64,000 nt of DNA from Mobula birostris. Lineage: Eukaryota. The first letter of the stretch is position 1, and the number at the start of each line of letters is the position of its first letter. The position numbers were made by a program, and so were the translations under genes. The stretch lies in contig NC_092397.1 in NCBI RefSeq assembly GCF_030028105.1, forward strand, positions 35,989,097 through 36,053,096, read 5' to 3'. Positions 39,701 to 53,370 of the stretch are shown piece after piece. A model generated the notes under the pieces. It was not told the origin of the DNA. It did not search any database and was given only the letters and a program-made list of their open reading frames with translations.

Positions 39701-40546
39701 ACAGCACAACCCAATTTACGTCGGTGGTGCGCAAGTGGAACAGGGTTAAAACTTTAAGTTCCTCGGGGTCAATATCACAAATGACCAGATTTGGTCCAAC
39801 CAAGCAGAGTTCACTGCCAAGAAGGCCCAGCAGCGCCTTTACTTCCTGAAAAAACTAAAGAAGTTTGGCCTGTCCCCTAAAACCCTCACTAATTTCTATA
39901 GATGCACCGTAGGAAGCATTCTTCTAGGGTGCATCACAACCCAGCATGGAAGTTGTCCTGTCCAAGACCGAAAGAAGCTGCAGAAGATCGTGAACACGGG
40001 AGAGTACATCACACAAACCAATCTTCTGTCTGTGGACTCACTTTACACCGCACACTGTCGGAGCAGTGCTGCCAGGATAATCAAGGACACGACCCACCCA
40101 GCCAACACACTTTTTGCCCCTCTTCCCTCCGGGAGAAGGCTCAGGAGCTTGAAGACTCGTACGGCCAGATTTGGGAACAGCTTCTTTCCAACTGTGATAA
40201 GACTGCTGAACGGATCCTGACCCGGACCTGGGCCGTACCCTCCAAATATCCGGACCTGCCCCTCGTCTTTTTTGCACTTCCTTACATTCCATTTTTCTAT
40301 TTTCTATTTATGATTTATAATTTAATTTTTTAATATTTAATGCTAGTAATCCAGGGAGTGGGAAGCGCAGAATCAAATATCGCCGTGATGATTTTACGTT
40401 CTAGTATCAATTGTTTGGCGACAATGAAGTATAAAGTATAAGTATAATTAATTGAGAGCATTTTGTAGAGATTTGTTTTCACTTTGACACAAAAGAGTTT
40501 TTTCCCATTGATTAGTTTCAAAAAAAAAAGCCAAATTCAATCTACT
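36795..40546 (-). mobile_element. Tc1/mariner relic (copy B), interrupted by a Rex LINE
   Basis: Terminus TA|CAGTGCC at 36793-36801; transposase fragments 37163..37465, 37517..37813 and 37845..38048. Confidence 0.9.
38229..40444 (+). mobile_element. 5'-truncated Rex1/Babar-type LINE with 7-bp TSD
   Basis: RT ORF 38823..39749 ([56 protein letters not shown]); (AAGTAT)n tail; TAATTAA at 38222-38228 and 40445-40451; absent from arm A. Confidence 0.92.
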
Positions 40547-40556
40547 TCTAAGGGGT

Positions 40557-42630
40557 AAACATAGAAACACAGAAAATAGGTGCAGTAGGCCATTCGGCCC
40601 CTCAAGCCTGCACTGCCATTCAGTACGATCATGGCTGATCATCCAACTCAGAACCCTGTACCTGCCTTCTCTCCATACCCCCTGATCCCTTTAGCCACAA
40701 GGGCCATATCTAACTCCCTCTTAAATATAGCCAATGAACTGGCCTCAACTGTTTCCTGTGGCAGAGAATTCCACAGATTCACCACTCTCTGCATGAAGAA
40801 GTTTTTCCTCATCTCAGTCCTAAAAGGCCTCCCTTTATCGTCAAACTGTGACCCCTCGTTCTGGACTTCCCCAACATCGGGTACAATCTTCCTGCATCTA
40901 GCCTGTCCAATCCCTTTAGGATTTTATACGTTTCAATCAGATCCCCCATCAACCTTCTAAATTCCAGAGAGTATAAGCCTAGCCGATCCAGTCTTTCATC
41001 ACATGAAAGTCCTGCCATCCCAGGAATCAATCTGGTGAACCTTCTTTGTATTCCCTCTATGGCAAGAATATCTTTCCTCAGATTAGGGGACCAAAACTGC
41101 ACACAATACTCCAGGTGTGGTCTCACCAAGGCCTTGTACAACTGCAGTAGTACCTCCCTGCTCCTGTACTCGAATCCTCTTGCTATCAATGCCAGCATAC
41201 CATTCGCCTTTTTCACCGCCTGCTGTACCTGCATGCCCACTTTCAATGACTGGTGTACAATGACACCCAGGTCTCGTTGCACCTCCCCTTTTCCTAATCG
41301 GCCACCATTCAGATAATAATCTGCTTTCCTGTTCTTACCACCAAAGTGGATAACCTCACATTAATCCACATTAAATTGCATCTGCCATGAATTTGCCCAC
41401 TCACCCAGCCTGTCCAAGTCACCCTGCATCCCCTTAGCATCCTCCTCACAGCTAACACTGCCGCCCAGCTTCGTGTCATCCGCAAACTTGGAGATGCTGA
41501 ATTTTATTCCCTCGTCTAAGTCATTAATATATATTGTAAACAACTGGGGTCCCAGCACTGAGCCTTGCGGTACCCCACGAGTCACTGCCTGCCATTCTGA
41601 AAAGGTCCTGTTTATTCCCACTCTTGGCTTCCTGTCTGCCAGCCAATTCTCTATCCACATCAATGCCATACTCCCAACACCGTGTGCTTTAAGTTTCCTG
41701 TGTGGGACCTTGTCAAAAGCCTTTTCAAAATCCAAATATACCACATCCACTGGTTCTCCCCTATCCACTCTACTAGTTACATCCTCAAAAAATTCTGAGA
41801 TTCGTCAGACATGATTATCTTTTCACAAATCCATGCTGACTTCGTCCGATGATTTCACCGCTTTCCAAATGTGCTGTTATCACATCTTTGATAACTGACT
41901 CTAGCATTTTCCCCACCACCGATGTCAGGTTTACCGGTCTATAATTCCCCGGTTTCTCTCTCCCTCCTTTTTTAAAAAAGCGGGGTTACATTAGCCACCC
42001 TCCAATCCTCAGGAATTTATCCAGAATCTAAAGAGTTTTGAAAAATTATCACTGAGGCACCCACCATTTCTTGGGCTACTTCCTTAAGCACCCTGGGATG
42101 CAGGCCATCTGGCCCTGGGGATTTATCTGCTTTCAATCTCTTCAATTTACCTAACACCACTCCCCTACTAACATGTATTTCCCTCAGTTACTCCATCTCA
42201 CTAGACCCTCGGTCCCCTACTATTTCCGGAATATTATTTATGTCCACCTTAGTGAAGACAGAAGCAAAGTAGTTATTCAATTGGTCTGCCGTGTCCTTGT
42301 TCCCCATGATCAATTCACCTGTTTCTGACTGTAAGGGACCTACATTTGTCTTAACCAATCTTTTTCTTTTCACATATCTATAAAAGGTTTTACAGTCACT
42401 TTTTATGTTCCCTGCCAGCTTTCTCTCATAATCTTTTCTCCCTTTCCTAATTAAGCCCTTTGTCCTCCTCTGCTGGACTCTGAATTTCTCCCAGTCCTCA
42501 GGTGTGCCACTTTTTCTGGCTAATTTCTATGTTTCTTCTTTGGAGTTGATACTATCCCTAATTTCCCTTGTCAGCCACGGATGCACTACCTTCCCTGGTT
42601 TATTCTTCTGCCAAACTGGAATGAACAACT
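40557..42630 (-). mobile_element. 5'-truncated CR1 LINE, relatively young
   Basis: ORFs 41361..41768 (VYLDFEKAFDKVPH, GVPQGSVLGP, SKFADDTK) and 40809..41282; TTCTATG-type tail at 40557-40580; absent from arm A. Confidence 0.92.
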
Positions 42631-45600
42631 GGTGTGAATACTTTTCATAAGAACTTTGTATGTAGGGAAAATGATGGTGAGAGAGGGAGGGAAAGAAGAG
42701 AAGGGGAGGAGTGGCCTCAAGATCCTGAGGTGTGGTCAAAGGCTTTCTAGGAAATATTAAATCAAAGAACATGCAGAGGCAAGGGCTGGTGGTAGACAAG
42801 AGCATCAGGAATTTTTTAGGAACCAATGATGAGATAAAAGCTAAAAGTAACAAGAAACAAGCAAAGAAGTTAACTCAATAACTTGCATTAGTGTTCACAG
42901 TGGGGCACAGCAAACATCCCACAGATATCTAACGGTGACATTTCAACATTGTGCAATAATGTGTAACGATCGCCATCACAAGGGAGAAACTAATGGGACT
43001 AAAAGCAAACTTTACCAGGTCCCAACGACCTGCACTGGATGCTTTCACAGGAAGTCTGGAGAGAAAGTAGAGAAAGTGAAGTTTGTCAAAACTCACTGTT
43101 ACAGAAAGGTCCCAGTGGAGTTGAAAACCATTGTTGAAGAAGGACGGAAGATAAAATGCAAGTAACTGTAGTCCTGTTAACTTCACTTCTGGTACTGGAG
43201 TCTATAATCAATGAAGAAATAACAAATCATTTGGAAAAGTTTCATGTCAACAGGGTCTACAGTCAGATTCACACAGATTCCACGATGACCAAAGCTCCCA
43301 TCTGAGCTTGTGGTCTGTAACCCCCTCACCACCATATTATGAACAAGGTTATCCTCCTCCTTGTCCCATTTCTCTGCATTTGGCCCATGTACTCAAAACC
43401 TTTCCTTTCCATGTACCTGTCCAAGTGCCTTTTTAATGTACCTGACTCAACCACTCCCCCTAGCAGCTCATTCCATTTACTGACCAGCCCCCAGGTCCCT
43501 CATGTTCTTATACACCTCTGCAATATCAGCACTCATTCTCCAACATTCCAGGGAAAATTATCTGAAACACCTTTCCACAAATCCTTTGAGATCCAGTAAC
43601 ATCCCCGTAAATCTCCTCTGCACTCTTTCCAGCTTAATGGTGTCTGTCATACAGCAGGGTCACAGAAACTAAACACTATTTGCGAAAAGCGGCCAAACCA
43701 ATGTGTTGTACAACTGCAACATCTCATCCCAGCTTCTATATTTGGTGCCCTGACTGAAGGCCAGTGTTCCAAAAGCCTCTTCACCACCCTGTCCATCTGG
43801 AACCTGGTCTTGGACCCTGTAACCTGGGGTGTTGAATGTTAAGTCATGTTTGACAAATATACCAGAGATTTGAGACTTTACATGGGAAGTTGGAGAAGTG
43901 GTGTTCTTGGATTTTCGGGAGCCATTTGCCAAGGTGCCACATGTAAGGCTGGTGCACAAGACCAGAGCTCAGTACTGGGAAGGAAGTGTGTTAATACTGA
44001 CTGAAGACTGGTCATCATACTGAGACAGAATAACAGGTCTGTTTCAGACTGGGATGATATTACTAGTGGAGTGTCCCAGTGACCAGTTCTGGATCGTCAA
44101 TGATTTATTATTGATATTAATGACCCAGAGGAGGGAGGTCAATGACAGGGAATGTGGTGGAGGACATGCTGTGATTGGACATTTGGTCTCTCCAACAGGA
44201 TAAGAAGCAGCTGGTGAGTAGAATACTTGGTAAATGGAGTTTAATGTGGTGAAGTGTGATGGCGTGTAGAGTGGTAGGAGGAATCAAAAGTCAAACTACT
44301 ATTTATGTGGAGATAAATTGTAAATGAGAGAAATAGAGAGGCGTCAAGGTGCTGAACTACACAACAAAATAGAGACGGGAGCAGTGAGTGGTTCATAAAA
44401 CCATATATGACCAAGGTTCAGAGCTCAATGGTCCATTGACATTCACTGCTGGGGTATTGGTGCAGAGAAACAGAGAAGTGTTGTTACTGTGACAGACAAG
44501 TGCACAATAATGGATTTTGGGAAGTTAAAGCAGGTCAGGACATACCCAGTGAATGGTAGGTCCTGAGGAATGTTGATGAAAGAGAAACCTGGGGCACAGG
44601 TAAGTAATTCCCTGAAAGTGCCAACACAGACAGACAAGGGGGTGAAAAAGGAGCACGACATGCTTGTCTTCATCGGCAAAGGCTCTGAGAGGAGTTGGGA
44701 CATCACATTACAGTTGTACAAATGAATAATGAGACCACAGCAGGAGTACCCTGTGCAGTTCTGGTCACATGAGAGGAAGGATGTGATTAAGCTGAAAAGG
44801 TGCAGAAACGATTCACAGGAATGTTACCTGGACTGGGGGCTTGAGTTACAAGGAAAGATCAGACCAACTAGGGCTGTTTTCCCTGGAGTGAAGAAGACTG
44901 AGGGTAGACCTGACAGAAGATGATAAAACTATGAGATGTGTAGACAAGGTAAACAGGCAGAGTCATTTTGCCAGGGTAGAAATATCAAATATGAGAAGGC
45001 GTAGCTTTAAAATGTCAGGGTGGGAATTTAAAGGTAGACGTTAGGGCGGGTAAGATTTCTAAGTCCGTACAGAGAGTGGTGAGGGCCGGGTATGGGCTGC
45101 CATGGGGAGTCCTGTTAGCAGATATGATAATGACATTTAACAGGGTTTTAGATAAGCCCATGAATATTCAGAGATTTGAAGCACATGAATTATAAGCAGG
45201 CAGAAGAGGTTTAGTTTCATTTGACATCATGTTCAGCACAGACATCATGGGAAGAAGGGTCTGTTCCTGTGCTGTACTGTTCTGTGTTCTCGGTGAGCCT
45301 CAGTGACAGGGGAGTCTTTAGCCGGGGTCACAGACAGGTGTATCTGTGGCAAGGAGAGAGACTGCACGATGGTGCATTACCTCCCTGGTACCAGGGTCGA
45401 GGATGGAACTGAACAAGTACAGGCCATTCTGAAAGGGCAGGGTGAGCAGCCAGAGGTGGTGGTGCATATTGGCTCTAACAAAAGAGACAAAGTCCTGCAA
45501 AGAGAACTTAGGGAGTTGGGGAAAAAGTTCAGTAGAAACTCTGTGGTGGTGGGTGGAAGTGATGCCGGTGTCACGTGCTAGCGAGGGAAGAAATACAAAG

Positions 45601-45779
45601 GTGGTACAGTTATATGTGTGGCTCACGAGCTGGTGCAGGACGGAGGGTTTTAGTTACATGGGTCATTGGGCTCTCCTTCAGGACAGGTGATGGGAAGAGT
45701 AAGAGGTCAGTAACTGGCATTGGTGGATGTGGATTAACACAGGAAGTAAGTCCAAATGGATAAATTACAGTGTCTCAGT

Positions 45780-46190
45780 AGCATTACAAGCACACAGATA
45801 TACAAATATCAGAAGAGAAGCAAGAGAAAGAATAAGAAGTAAAGTAAGTTACCTCCAACAGTCTAACGTGGGGGCGGGGGGGTCATCACTTCCCCTGCTA
45901 TAGGTTGACTCATTATTGATCCTGACGGCTCAGTGTAAGAATGACTTCATACAGCGCTCCTTGGAGCAGCAGAGTTGTCTTAGTCTGTTACTGAAGGTGC
46001 TCCTCTGTTCAGCCAAGGTGGCATACAGAGGGTGAGAAACATTGTCCAGAATTGCCAGGATTTTCCGTAGGGTCCTTTCTGCTACCACGGCCTCCAGTGT
46101 GTCCAGTTTGACTCCTATAAGAGCCAGCCTTTCCAATCAGTTTATTGAGTCGGATAGCATCACCCGTGTTGGTGCCATTGGCCCAATCCA
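45780..46190 (-). mobile_element. Rex1-type LINE 3' fragment
   Basis: RLNKLIGKAG / AILDNVSHPL..L..QRSTFSNRL, homologous to 58137..58697. Confidence 0.7.
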
Positions 46191-47448
46191 CACACTGATC
46201 ATGCAGAATGCCACAAGGTCAAGGTCAACCCAGAGGCTCATCCAGTAAGACAATGTGGGTAGAAATCAGGAATAAGAAAGGTGCAATCACCATGATGGGA
46301 TTATACTGTCGGCCTCCCAATCGCCAGTAAGAGACAGAAGCAGATATGTTAGCAGGTTATGGGATGATGCCAAAACAACAGAGTAGATTTGGAGAGTGAA
46401 TAATCTCCTCAGAGTAACTGGGATTCCCTTACACCCTGAGGCTTGGATGGGGCATTAAGGTTTCCTGAAACAATATGTGGTCCACCAGGGAGGGAGATAT
46501 TCTTGACTTCACCTTGGGAAATATGGGACTCAGCAGAGTGGTGGCAGGAACAACCAGTGTTCAAAGAGGAATTAGACAGGTCCTTCAGGGGAAATGACCT
46601 GCAGTGCTGTGGGGACAGAGTGGGGAATGGGATTGTGGAAATGTTGTAGCAGGAGGTGGTATAAATTTGATGGGTCAAATAGTCTCGACGATCACAGAAT
46701 GATTCTCTGCCCAATAATAGTCTGAAAAAATCATTCTGGTCGCCAGTCAATCTTCCAAGCTCCAGGATGGACAAGATCAATTGTGTAATAAGGACACACT
46801 TCTGTCGAAACACTGACACTGTATACCAAGCACACTGAGCTGCCAGAGCACAGCACCGGCCAGTGAGGACACAGACCAGTACAACACCCGGCTCTCTACT
46901 ACAAAGTTCAAAGCTGAAAGTAAATGTATTATCAAAATACATTTCTGTCACCATATACAACCCTGAGATTTGTTTTCTTGTGGGCATACTGCTGGTTTGT
47001 TAGAGCGGTTGGGGAGGGTTTAAACTAATTTCGCAGGGGCGTGGGAACAGGCGTGAAAGGATGCAAGATAGGACAGATGGTAAAAAAGCAAAGATAGCAT
47101 GCAGTCAGGAAGGGCAGGCAGATGATAGGACATAAATGCAGCCAGCAGGGTGAGTATCAGTGCATGAGGGATGCAGAAACAATTATGGTAGCAAATACAG
47201 TACTCAAACTGTTATATCTCAATACCCAGAGTATACTAAATAAGGTGGATAATCTTATTGCCCTGTTATGGATTGTCATGTTTAATGTTGTGACCATCAC
47301 TGAATCACGGCTGAAGCATGTTTGTAGTTGGGAGCAAAATGCCCAAGGTTACACGTATCAGAGGGACAGGAAGGTAGACAATGGGGATGGCGTGGCTCTG
47401 CTGGTAAAGAATGGTAACAAATCGGTAGAAAGATGTGACAAAGGAAGC

Positions 47449-50400
47449 ATGTGTGTGAGGCCGGTGTTCTGTACTCGGTGTCAGATGTGGGAAGTTCTGG
47501 AGTCTCCCAGCCTCCTGGACAGGAATATCGGCACCCGGTGTGTCGAGCTGCGGCTCCCAAGGGATTGCGTTAGGGAACGGGAGTTGCAGCTCGTTGACCT
47601 TTGTCTGGTCAGGGAGAGCGAGGAGGTGATTGAAGGGAGTCATAGGCAGGTGGTCGAACCGGGACCACAGGAGACAGACAAGTGGTTAACAGTCAGGAGA
47701 GGGAAGGGGAAGAGTCAGGTACCAGAGAGTACCCCTGTGGCTGTCCCCCTGTACAATAAGTACTCCTGTTTGAGTACTGTTGGGGGGGGTTGGGGGGGAG
47801 GAACAGCCTACCTGGGGGAAGCAACAGCGGCCGAGCCTCTGTCACAGAGTCCGGCCCTGTGGCTCAGAAGGGCAGAGAAAGGAAGAGAAAGGCCGTACTG
47901 ATAGGGGACTCTTTAGTTCGGCACTCTGTGGATGCAGGAAAGAAACACGGATGGTAGTTTACCTCCCAGATGCCAGGGTCCGGGATGTTTCAGATCACGT
48001 CCAAAATATCCTGCAGTGGATTGGAGAACAGCCAGAGGTCGTGGTACATATTGCTACCATTGACATAGGTAGGAAAAGGGAGGAGGTCCTGAAAAAGGAC
48101 TACAGGGAGTTAGGAAGGAAGTTGAGAAGCAAGAGAGCAAAGGTAGTAATCTCGGGATTACTGCCTGTGCCACGGGAAAGTGAGTATAGGAATAGAATTG
48201 AGGTGGAGGATAAATGCGTGGCTGAGGGATTAAAGCAGGGGGCAGGGATTCAGATTTCTGGATCACTGGGACCTCTTTTGGGGCAGATGTGACCTGTACA
48301 AAAAGGACGAGTTGCACTTGAATCCCACGGGGAGCAATATCTTGGTGGGGAGGTTTGCTATTGGGGAGAGTTTAAACTAGAACTGTTGGGGGGTGGGAAC
48401 CAAACTGAAGAGACTGGGGAAGAGGCGGTTGGCTCACAAATAGAGAAAGCTTGGAGACGGTGTGTGAGGGAGGACAGGCAAGTGATAGAGAAGGTACGTG
48501 CTCAGACCAACGGTTTGAGATGTGTCTATTTTAACGCAGGGAGTATTGTGAACAAAGCAGATGAGCTTAGAGCATGTATCACTACTTGGAGCTATGGTGT
48601 GGTGGCCATTACAGAGACTTGGATGGCTCAGGGACAGGAATGGTTACTTCAAGTGCCAGGTTTTAGATGTTTCAGAAAGGACAGGGAGGGAGGCCAAAGG
48701 GGTGGGGGCGTGGCACTGTTGATCAGAGATAGTGTCATGGCTGCAGAAAAGGTGGACATCATGGGGGGATTGTCTACGGAGTCTCTGTGGGTGGAGGTTA
48801 GGAACAGTAAGGGGTCAATTACTCTACTGTGTGTTTTTCATAGTCCACCCAACAGTAACAGGGATATCGAGGAGCAGATAGGGAAACAGATAAGAATAAG
48901 AGTCATAGTGGTGGGAGATTTAAATTTCACAAATATCGATTGGCGTTTAGATAGGGTGGAGTTTGTTAGGTGTGTTCAGGAAGGTTTCTTGACACAATAT
49001 GTAGATAAGCCTACAAGAGGAGAGACTGTACTTGATTTGGTATTGGGAAATGAACCTGGTCAGGTGTCAGTCCTCTCAGTGGGAGAGCATTTTGGAGATA
49101 GTGATCATAATTCTATCTTCTTTGCAATAGCATTGGAGAGAGCTAGGAACAGACAAGTTAGAAAAGCGATTAATTGGAGTAAGGGGAATTATGAGGCTAT
49201 CAGGCAGGAACTTGGAAGCTTAAATTGGGAACTGATGTTCTCAAGGAAAGGTACGGGAGAAATGTGGCAAATGTTCAGGGAATATTTCTGTTGTCATGTG
49301 TGTCGCCAAGCAGAGCTACCGGACGGATGATGCTAATGAGAGAGATAATGGAAGACAATGGAGAAACATATTGACAGACCATTTGCTTTGAACCTGAATT
49401 GTTTGAAGTTTGATGGACAGGTGATACCCCAGCAGGGGGATAAAAAGAGGCACGAGACACACCACGAGACCCTGGAAAGGGCAGTGTGCCCCACAAGTTG
49501 GTGGAGTTTGGAGGACCGGTTCGCGGGAATTGATCAGATGCTCTCAGGGTGTGTGTCCGCCCTTGCCTGAGTGCCGGGTTCACTGCGGAAGAATGATCGT
49601 ATCTGGAACAGAGTGGCCACAGTCGGTGACCACAGCGGGATCAGAAGATATCAAAAGATCTGCCCGAAACCAACTGCATCTCTATATATCTCTCTCCCTC
49701 CCTCCCTCCCTCCAACGGTACAACAACAGTGATTACTTCGAACTGCACTAAACTGAACTGAACTCTGCTTAAGACTGATCATTTTACCCCTAGACTACGA
49801 TAGAGCTTGGTTGATTCCTATTACCCTATTTCTGTGTATATGTGGGTATTATCATTGTGAACCTGTTACATTTATATCCTTGCGATTAGTGTACTGTATT
49901 ACTTATTTCCTTAATAAAAATTTAATAGTTCCTCCTAATCACAGACTCCAACAAGCGTTCCATTTCTGCTGGTTTGGCAACCCAGTTACGGGGTACGTAA
50001 CAGTGTGGAGTTCTGCATAGGTATGTTCCAATGAGACAGGGGAGTTATGGTAGGGTACAGGAACCGTGGTGTACAAAAAAGGCTGCAGTAAATCTAGACA
50101 AGAAGAAAAGAAAAGCTTACAAAAGGTTCAGAGGGTGAGGTAATGTCAGAGATCTAGAAGATTGTCAGGCTAACAAGAAGGAGCTTAAGAAGGAAATTAG
50201 GAGAGTCAGAAGGGGCCATGAGAAGGCCTTGGCCGGCAGGATTAAGGAAAGCCCCAAGGCATTCTACAAGTATGTGAAGAGCAAGAGGATACGACGTGAA
50301 AGGATAAAACCTATCAAGTGTGACAGTGGGAAAGTGTGTATGGAACCAGAAGAAATAGCAGAGGTACTTAATGAATACTTTACTTCAATATTCACTACAG

Positions 50401-52055
50401 AAAAGGAACTTGATGAGTTTAGTGATGACTTGCAGCAGACTGAAAAGCTTGAGCATGTAGATATTAAGAAAGTGGATGTGCTGGAGCTTTTGGAAAGCAT
50501 CAGGTTGGATAAGTCGCCGGGACAGGATGAGATGTACCTAGGATACTGCGGGAGGCGAGGGAAGAGATTGCTGAGCCTCTGGCGATGATCTTTGCATCAT
50601 CAATGGGGACAGGAGAGGTTCCGGAGGATTGCGGATGTTGTTCCCTCATTCAAGAAAGGGAGCAGAGATAGCCCAGGAAATTATTAACCAGTGAGTCTTA
50701 CTTCAGTGGTTGGTAAGCTGATGGAGAAGATCCTGAGAGGCAGGATTTATGAGCATTTGGAGAGGTATAATATGATTAGGAATAGTCAGCATAGCTTTGT
50801 CAAGGGCAGGTCGTGCCTTACGAGCCTGATTGAATTTTTTGAGGATGTGACTAAACATATTCATGAAGGGAGAGCAGTAGATGTAGTGCAAATGGATTTC
50901 AGCAAGGCATTTGATAAGGTACCTCATGCAAGGCTTATTGGGAAAGTAAGGAGGCATGGGATCCAAGGGGACAATGTTTTGCGGATCCAGAACTGGCTTG
51001 CCCACAGAAGGCAAAGAGTGGTTGTAGACCGGTCATATTCTGCATGGAGGTCGTTGAGCAGTGGTGTGCCTCAGGGATCTGTTCTGGGACCCTTTTCGTG
51101 ATTTTTATAAATGACCTGGATGAGGAAGTGAAGGAATGGGTTAGTAAGTTTGCTGATGACACAAAGGTTGGGGGTGTTGTGAATAGTGTGGAGTGCTGTC
51201 AGAGGTTACAGCGGGACATTGATAGGATGCAAAACTGGGCTGAGAAGTGGCAGATGGAGTTCAACCCAGATAAGTGTGAAGTGGTTCACTTTGGTAGGTC
51301 AAATATGATGAGAGTATATAGTATTAATGGTAAGACCCTTGGCATTGTAGAGGACCAGAGGGATCTTGGGGTCAGAGTCCATAGGACACTCAAAGCAGCT
51401 ACGCAGGTTGACTCTGTGGTTCAGGTGGCATACGGTGCATTGGCCTTCATCAATCCTGGAATTGAACTGAGGAGCCAACAGGTAATGTTGCAGCTATATA
51501 GGACCTTGGTCAGATGCCACTTGGAGTACTGCGCTCGGTTCTGGTCGCCTCGCTACAGGAAGGATGTGGAAACCACAGAAAGGGTGCAGAGGAGATTTAT
51601 AAGGATGATACCTGGATTGGGGAGCATGCCTTATGAGAATAGGTTGAGTGAACTCGGCCTTTTCTCCTTGGAGCGACGGGGGATGACAGGTGATCTGATA
51701 GATGTGTATAAGATGATGCGAGGCATTAACTGTGTAGATAGTCAGAGGCTTTTTCCGAGGGCTGAAATGGCTGCCACAAGAGGGCACAGGTTTAAGGTGC
51801 TTGGGAGTAGGTACAGAGGAGATGTCAGGGTAAGTTTTTTTTTTACACAGAGAATGGTGAGTGCGTGGAATGGGCTGCCAGCAATGGTGGTAGAGGCCGA
51901 TACGATAGGGTCTTTTGAGAGACTTTTGGATAGGTACATGGAGCTTAGAAAAATAGAGGGCTATGGGTAACCGTAGTAATTTCAAAGGTAGCTACATGTT
52001 TGGCACAACTTTGTGGGCTGAAGGGCCTGTATTGTGCTGTAGGTTTTCTATATTT
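47449..52055 (+). mobile_element. Near full-length CR1 LINE (ORF1 Zn-finger/esterase, ORF2 EN-RT), disabled
   Basis: VFCTRCQMWE; LPDARVRDVS..QPEVVVHI (esterase-like ORF1); CVYFNAGSIVNK.DEL (EN); GDSDHN; PQGSVLGP; SKFADDTK; CR1 tail at ~52015-52055. Confidence 0.92.
49292..50002 (+). mobile_element. Solo LTR inserted in CR1 ORF2
   Basis: TGTCATGT...ACGTAACA termini; 4-bp TSD ctgt/gtgt (one mismatch); GATAAAAA ~49439 and AATAAA ~49913; CR1 sequence resumes after 50002. Confidence 0.8.
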
Positions 52056-53089
52056 CCTCTCTCCCCAGAGGGAGACTGCAATCTGGAACACACTGCCTGA
52101 GGGGGTGGTGCAGGCTGGTATTTAAGGACCATCTGGATGAGCATTTGAATCACCAAGGCAGGGTAGGAGACAGACCAAGTGCTGAGTTAGTGGGGACAGA
52201 TTCTCAATGGTCGGTATAGACACGCAGAAACCACTGACTGTGAAAGTGCAGGGGGAATCTGGAACACAGAACTTCAGGGTGGACTCAGCTAAAACATTCA
52301 GAACCCAGTACGATGGATTTTTGTTGGACAAAGGTACTAATGGCCACATACTGAACCAACCCCCTCAAAAGGCTACCAAAATGCTGCCATTCCCTGTGCA
52401 CCAGTAACAATACTTTTGTCTGGGAATTTGGTGAAGTATTCTGGGTGATATTAGGAGATATGTCTGACACCTTGGTCACAGTGGGAGGGTGTAAATGTTT
52501 TCTCAGAGGATAAGGGGTTCAGTGGAACAAGCTCACAGCTGAGAATGAAGGTGACAAACCCCACTGCAGTGGAGGACTGCTGTGGTCAGGGTTGTACAGG
52601 ATAGAAACTGACCCTCTGGCGCATCACATTTATGCTCCCCATCATGCACAGCTGTACTAATCCCACTTTCCTGCATTAGTTTCATATCCCTCTGGGCCTT
52701 GCTCACTGAAGCCCCTGTGCATGTGCCTCTGATATTGTTACATAGTTCCCTGTATGTGGCATCACAGGTAGACAGGGTTGTGTGTTCTACTTGCCTTGTC
52801 AGCCAAAGAACTGCCTCTCATTAGAGTTGGACAAAACTGTTTAAAGACAGATTTAAAGGGGATCTGAGGGGTAAATATTTCACACAGAGAATAGCTGGCA
52901 TCCGGAATTAACTCCCAAAACAGAGTCACTGGTTTATACAGAAATGAAACAGTCCCTTCAGTACAACTCATCCCCGCCGACCAAGTTGTCGACCTGAACT
53001 CGGCCCATCTGCCTGCATTAGGCCCGAATCCCTCTCAACCTTTCCCATCCATGTGACTGTGCAAATATGTTTTAAATATTGTACCTGAG

Positions 53090-53370
53090 GCAGAGAGCCG
53101 GTGCAGTGAGGCGCTGACAGACACTCACTGTTCCGCGGGCAGGAAGAGGAGAGGCGGATCCCACAGCGGAGCCGAAACCCCAACAAGTAGACACCGGCTC
53201 CACCATCTCGGACTTCCCGCACCGGACCGTTTCCACGGAAACGACGACGGTGACTGTAGGGCTTTGTGACGTCAGCGCGCCACGGGTCAACAATCGCATG
53301 GAGTCACGTGACAGTAACCCGACAGCCGGGGAGGCGGGGCAGAGGGAACTGTCAATCAGCAGAGCGGCTG
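53090..53370 (-). promoter_or_regulatory. CpG-rich promoter and candidate first exon of an unidentified gene
   Basis: GC box ~53328-53340, GTCACGTGAC 53303-53312, TGACGTCA 53267-53274, GTTTCCACGGAAAC 53229-53242; minus-strand ATG at 53206 (gagATGG) and donor GTGAGT at 53128-53123. Confidence 0.6.

Noticed and set aside
38823-51970. Active retrotransposons (ORFs over 300 aa at 38823, 48386 and 51044)
   Set aside because: All are 5'-truncated, frameshifted or interrupted
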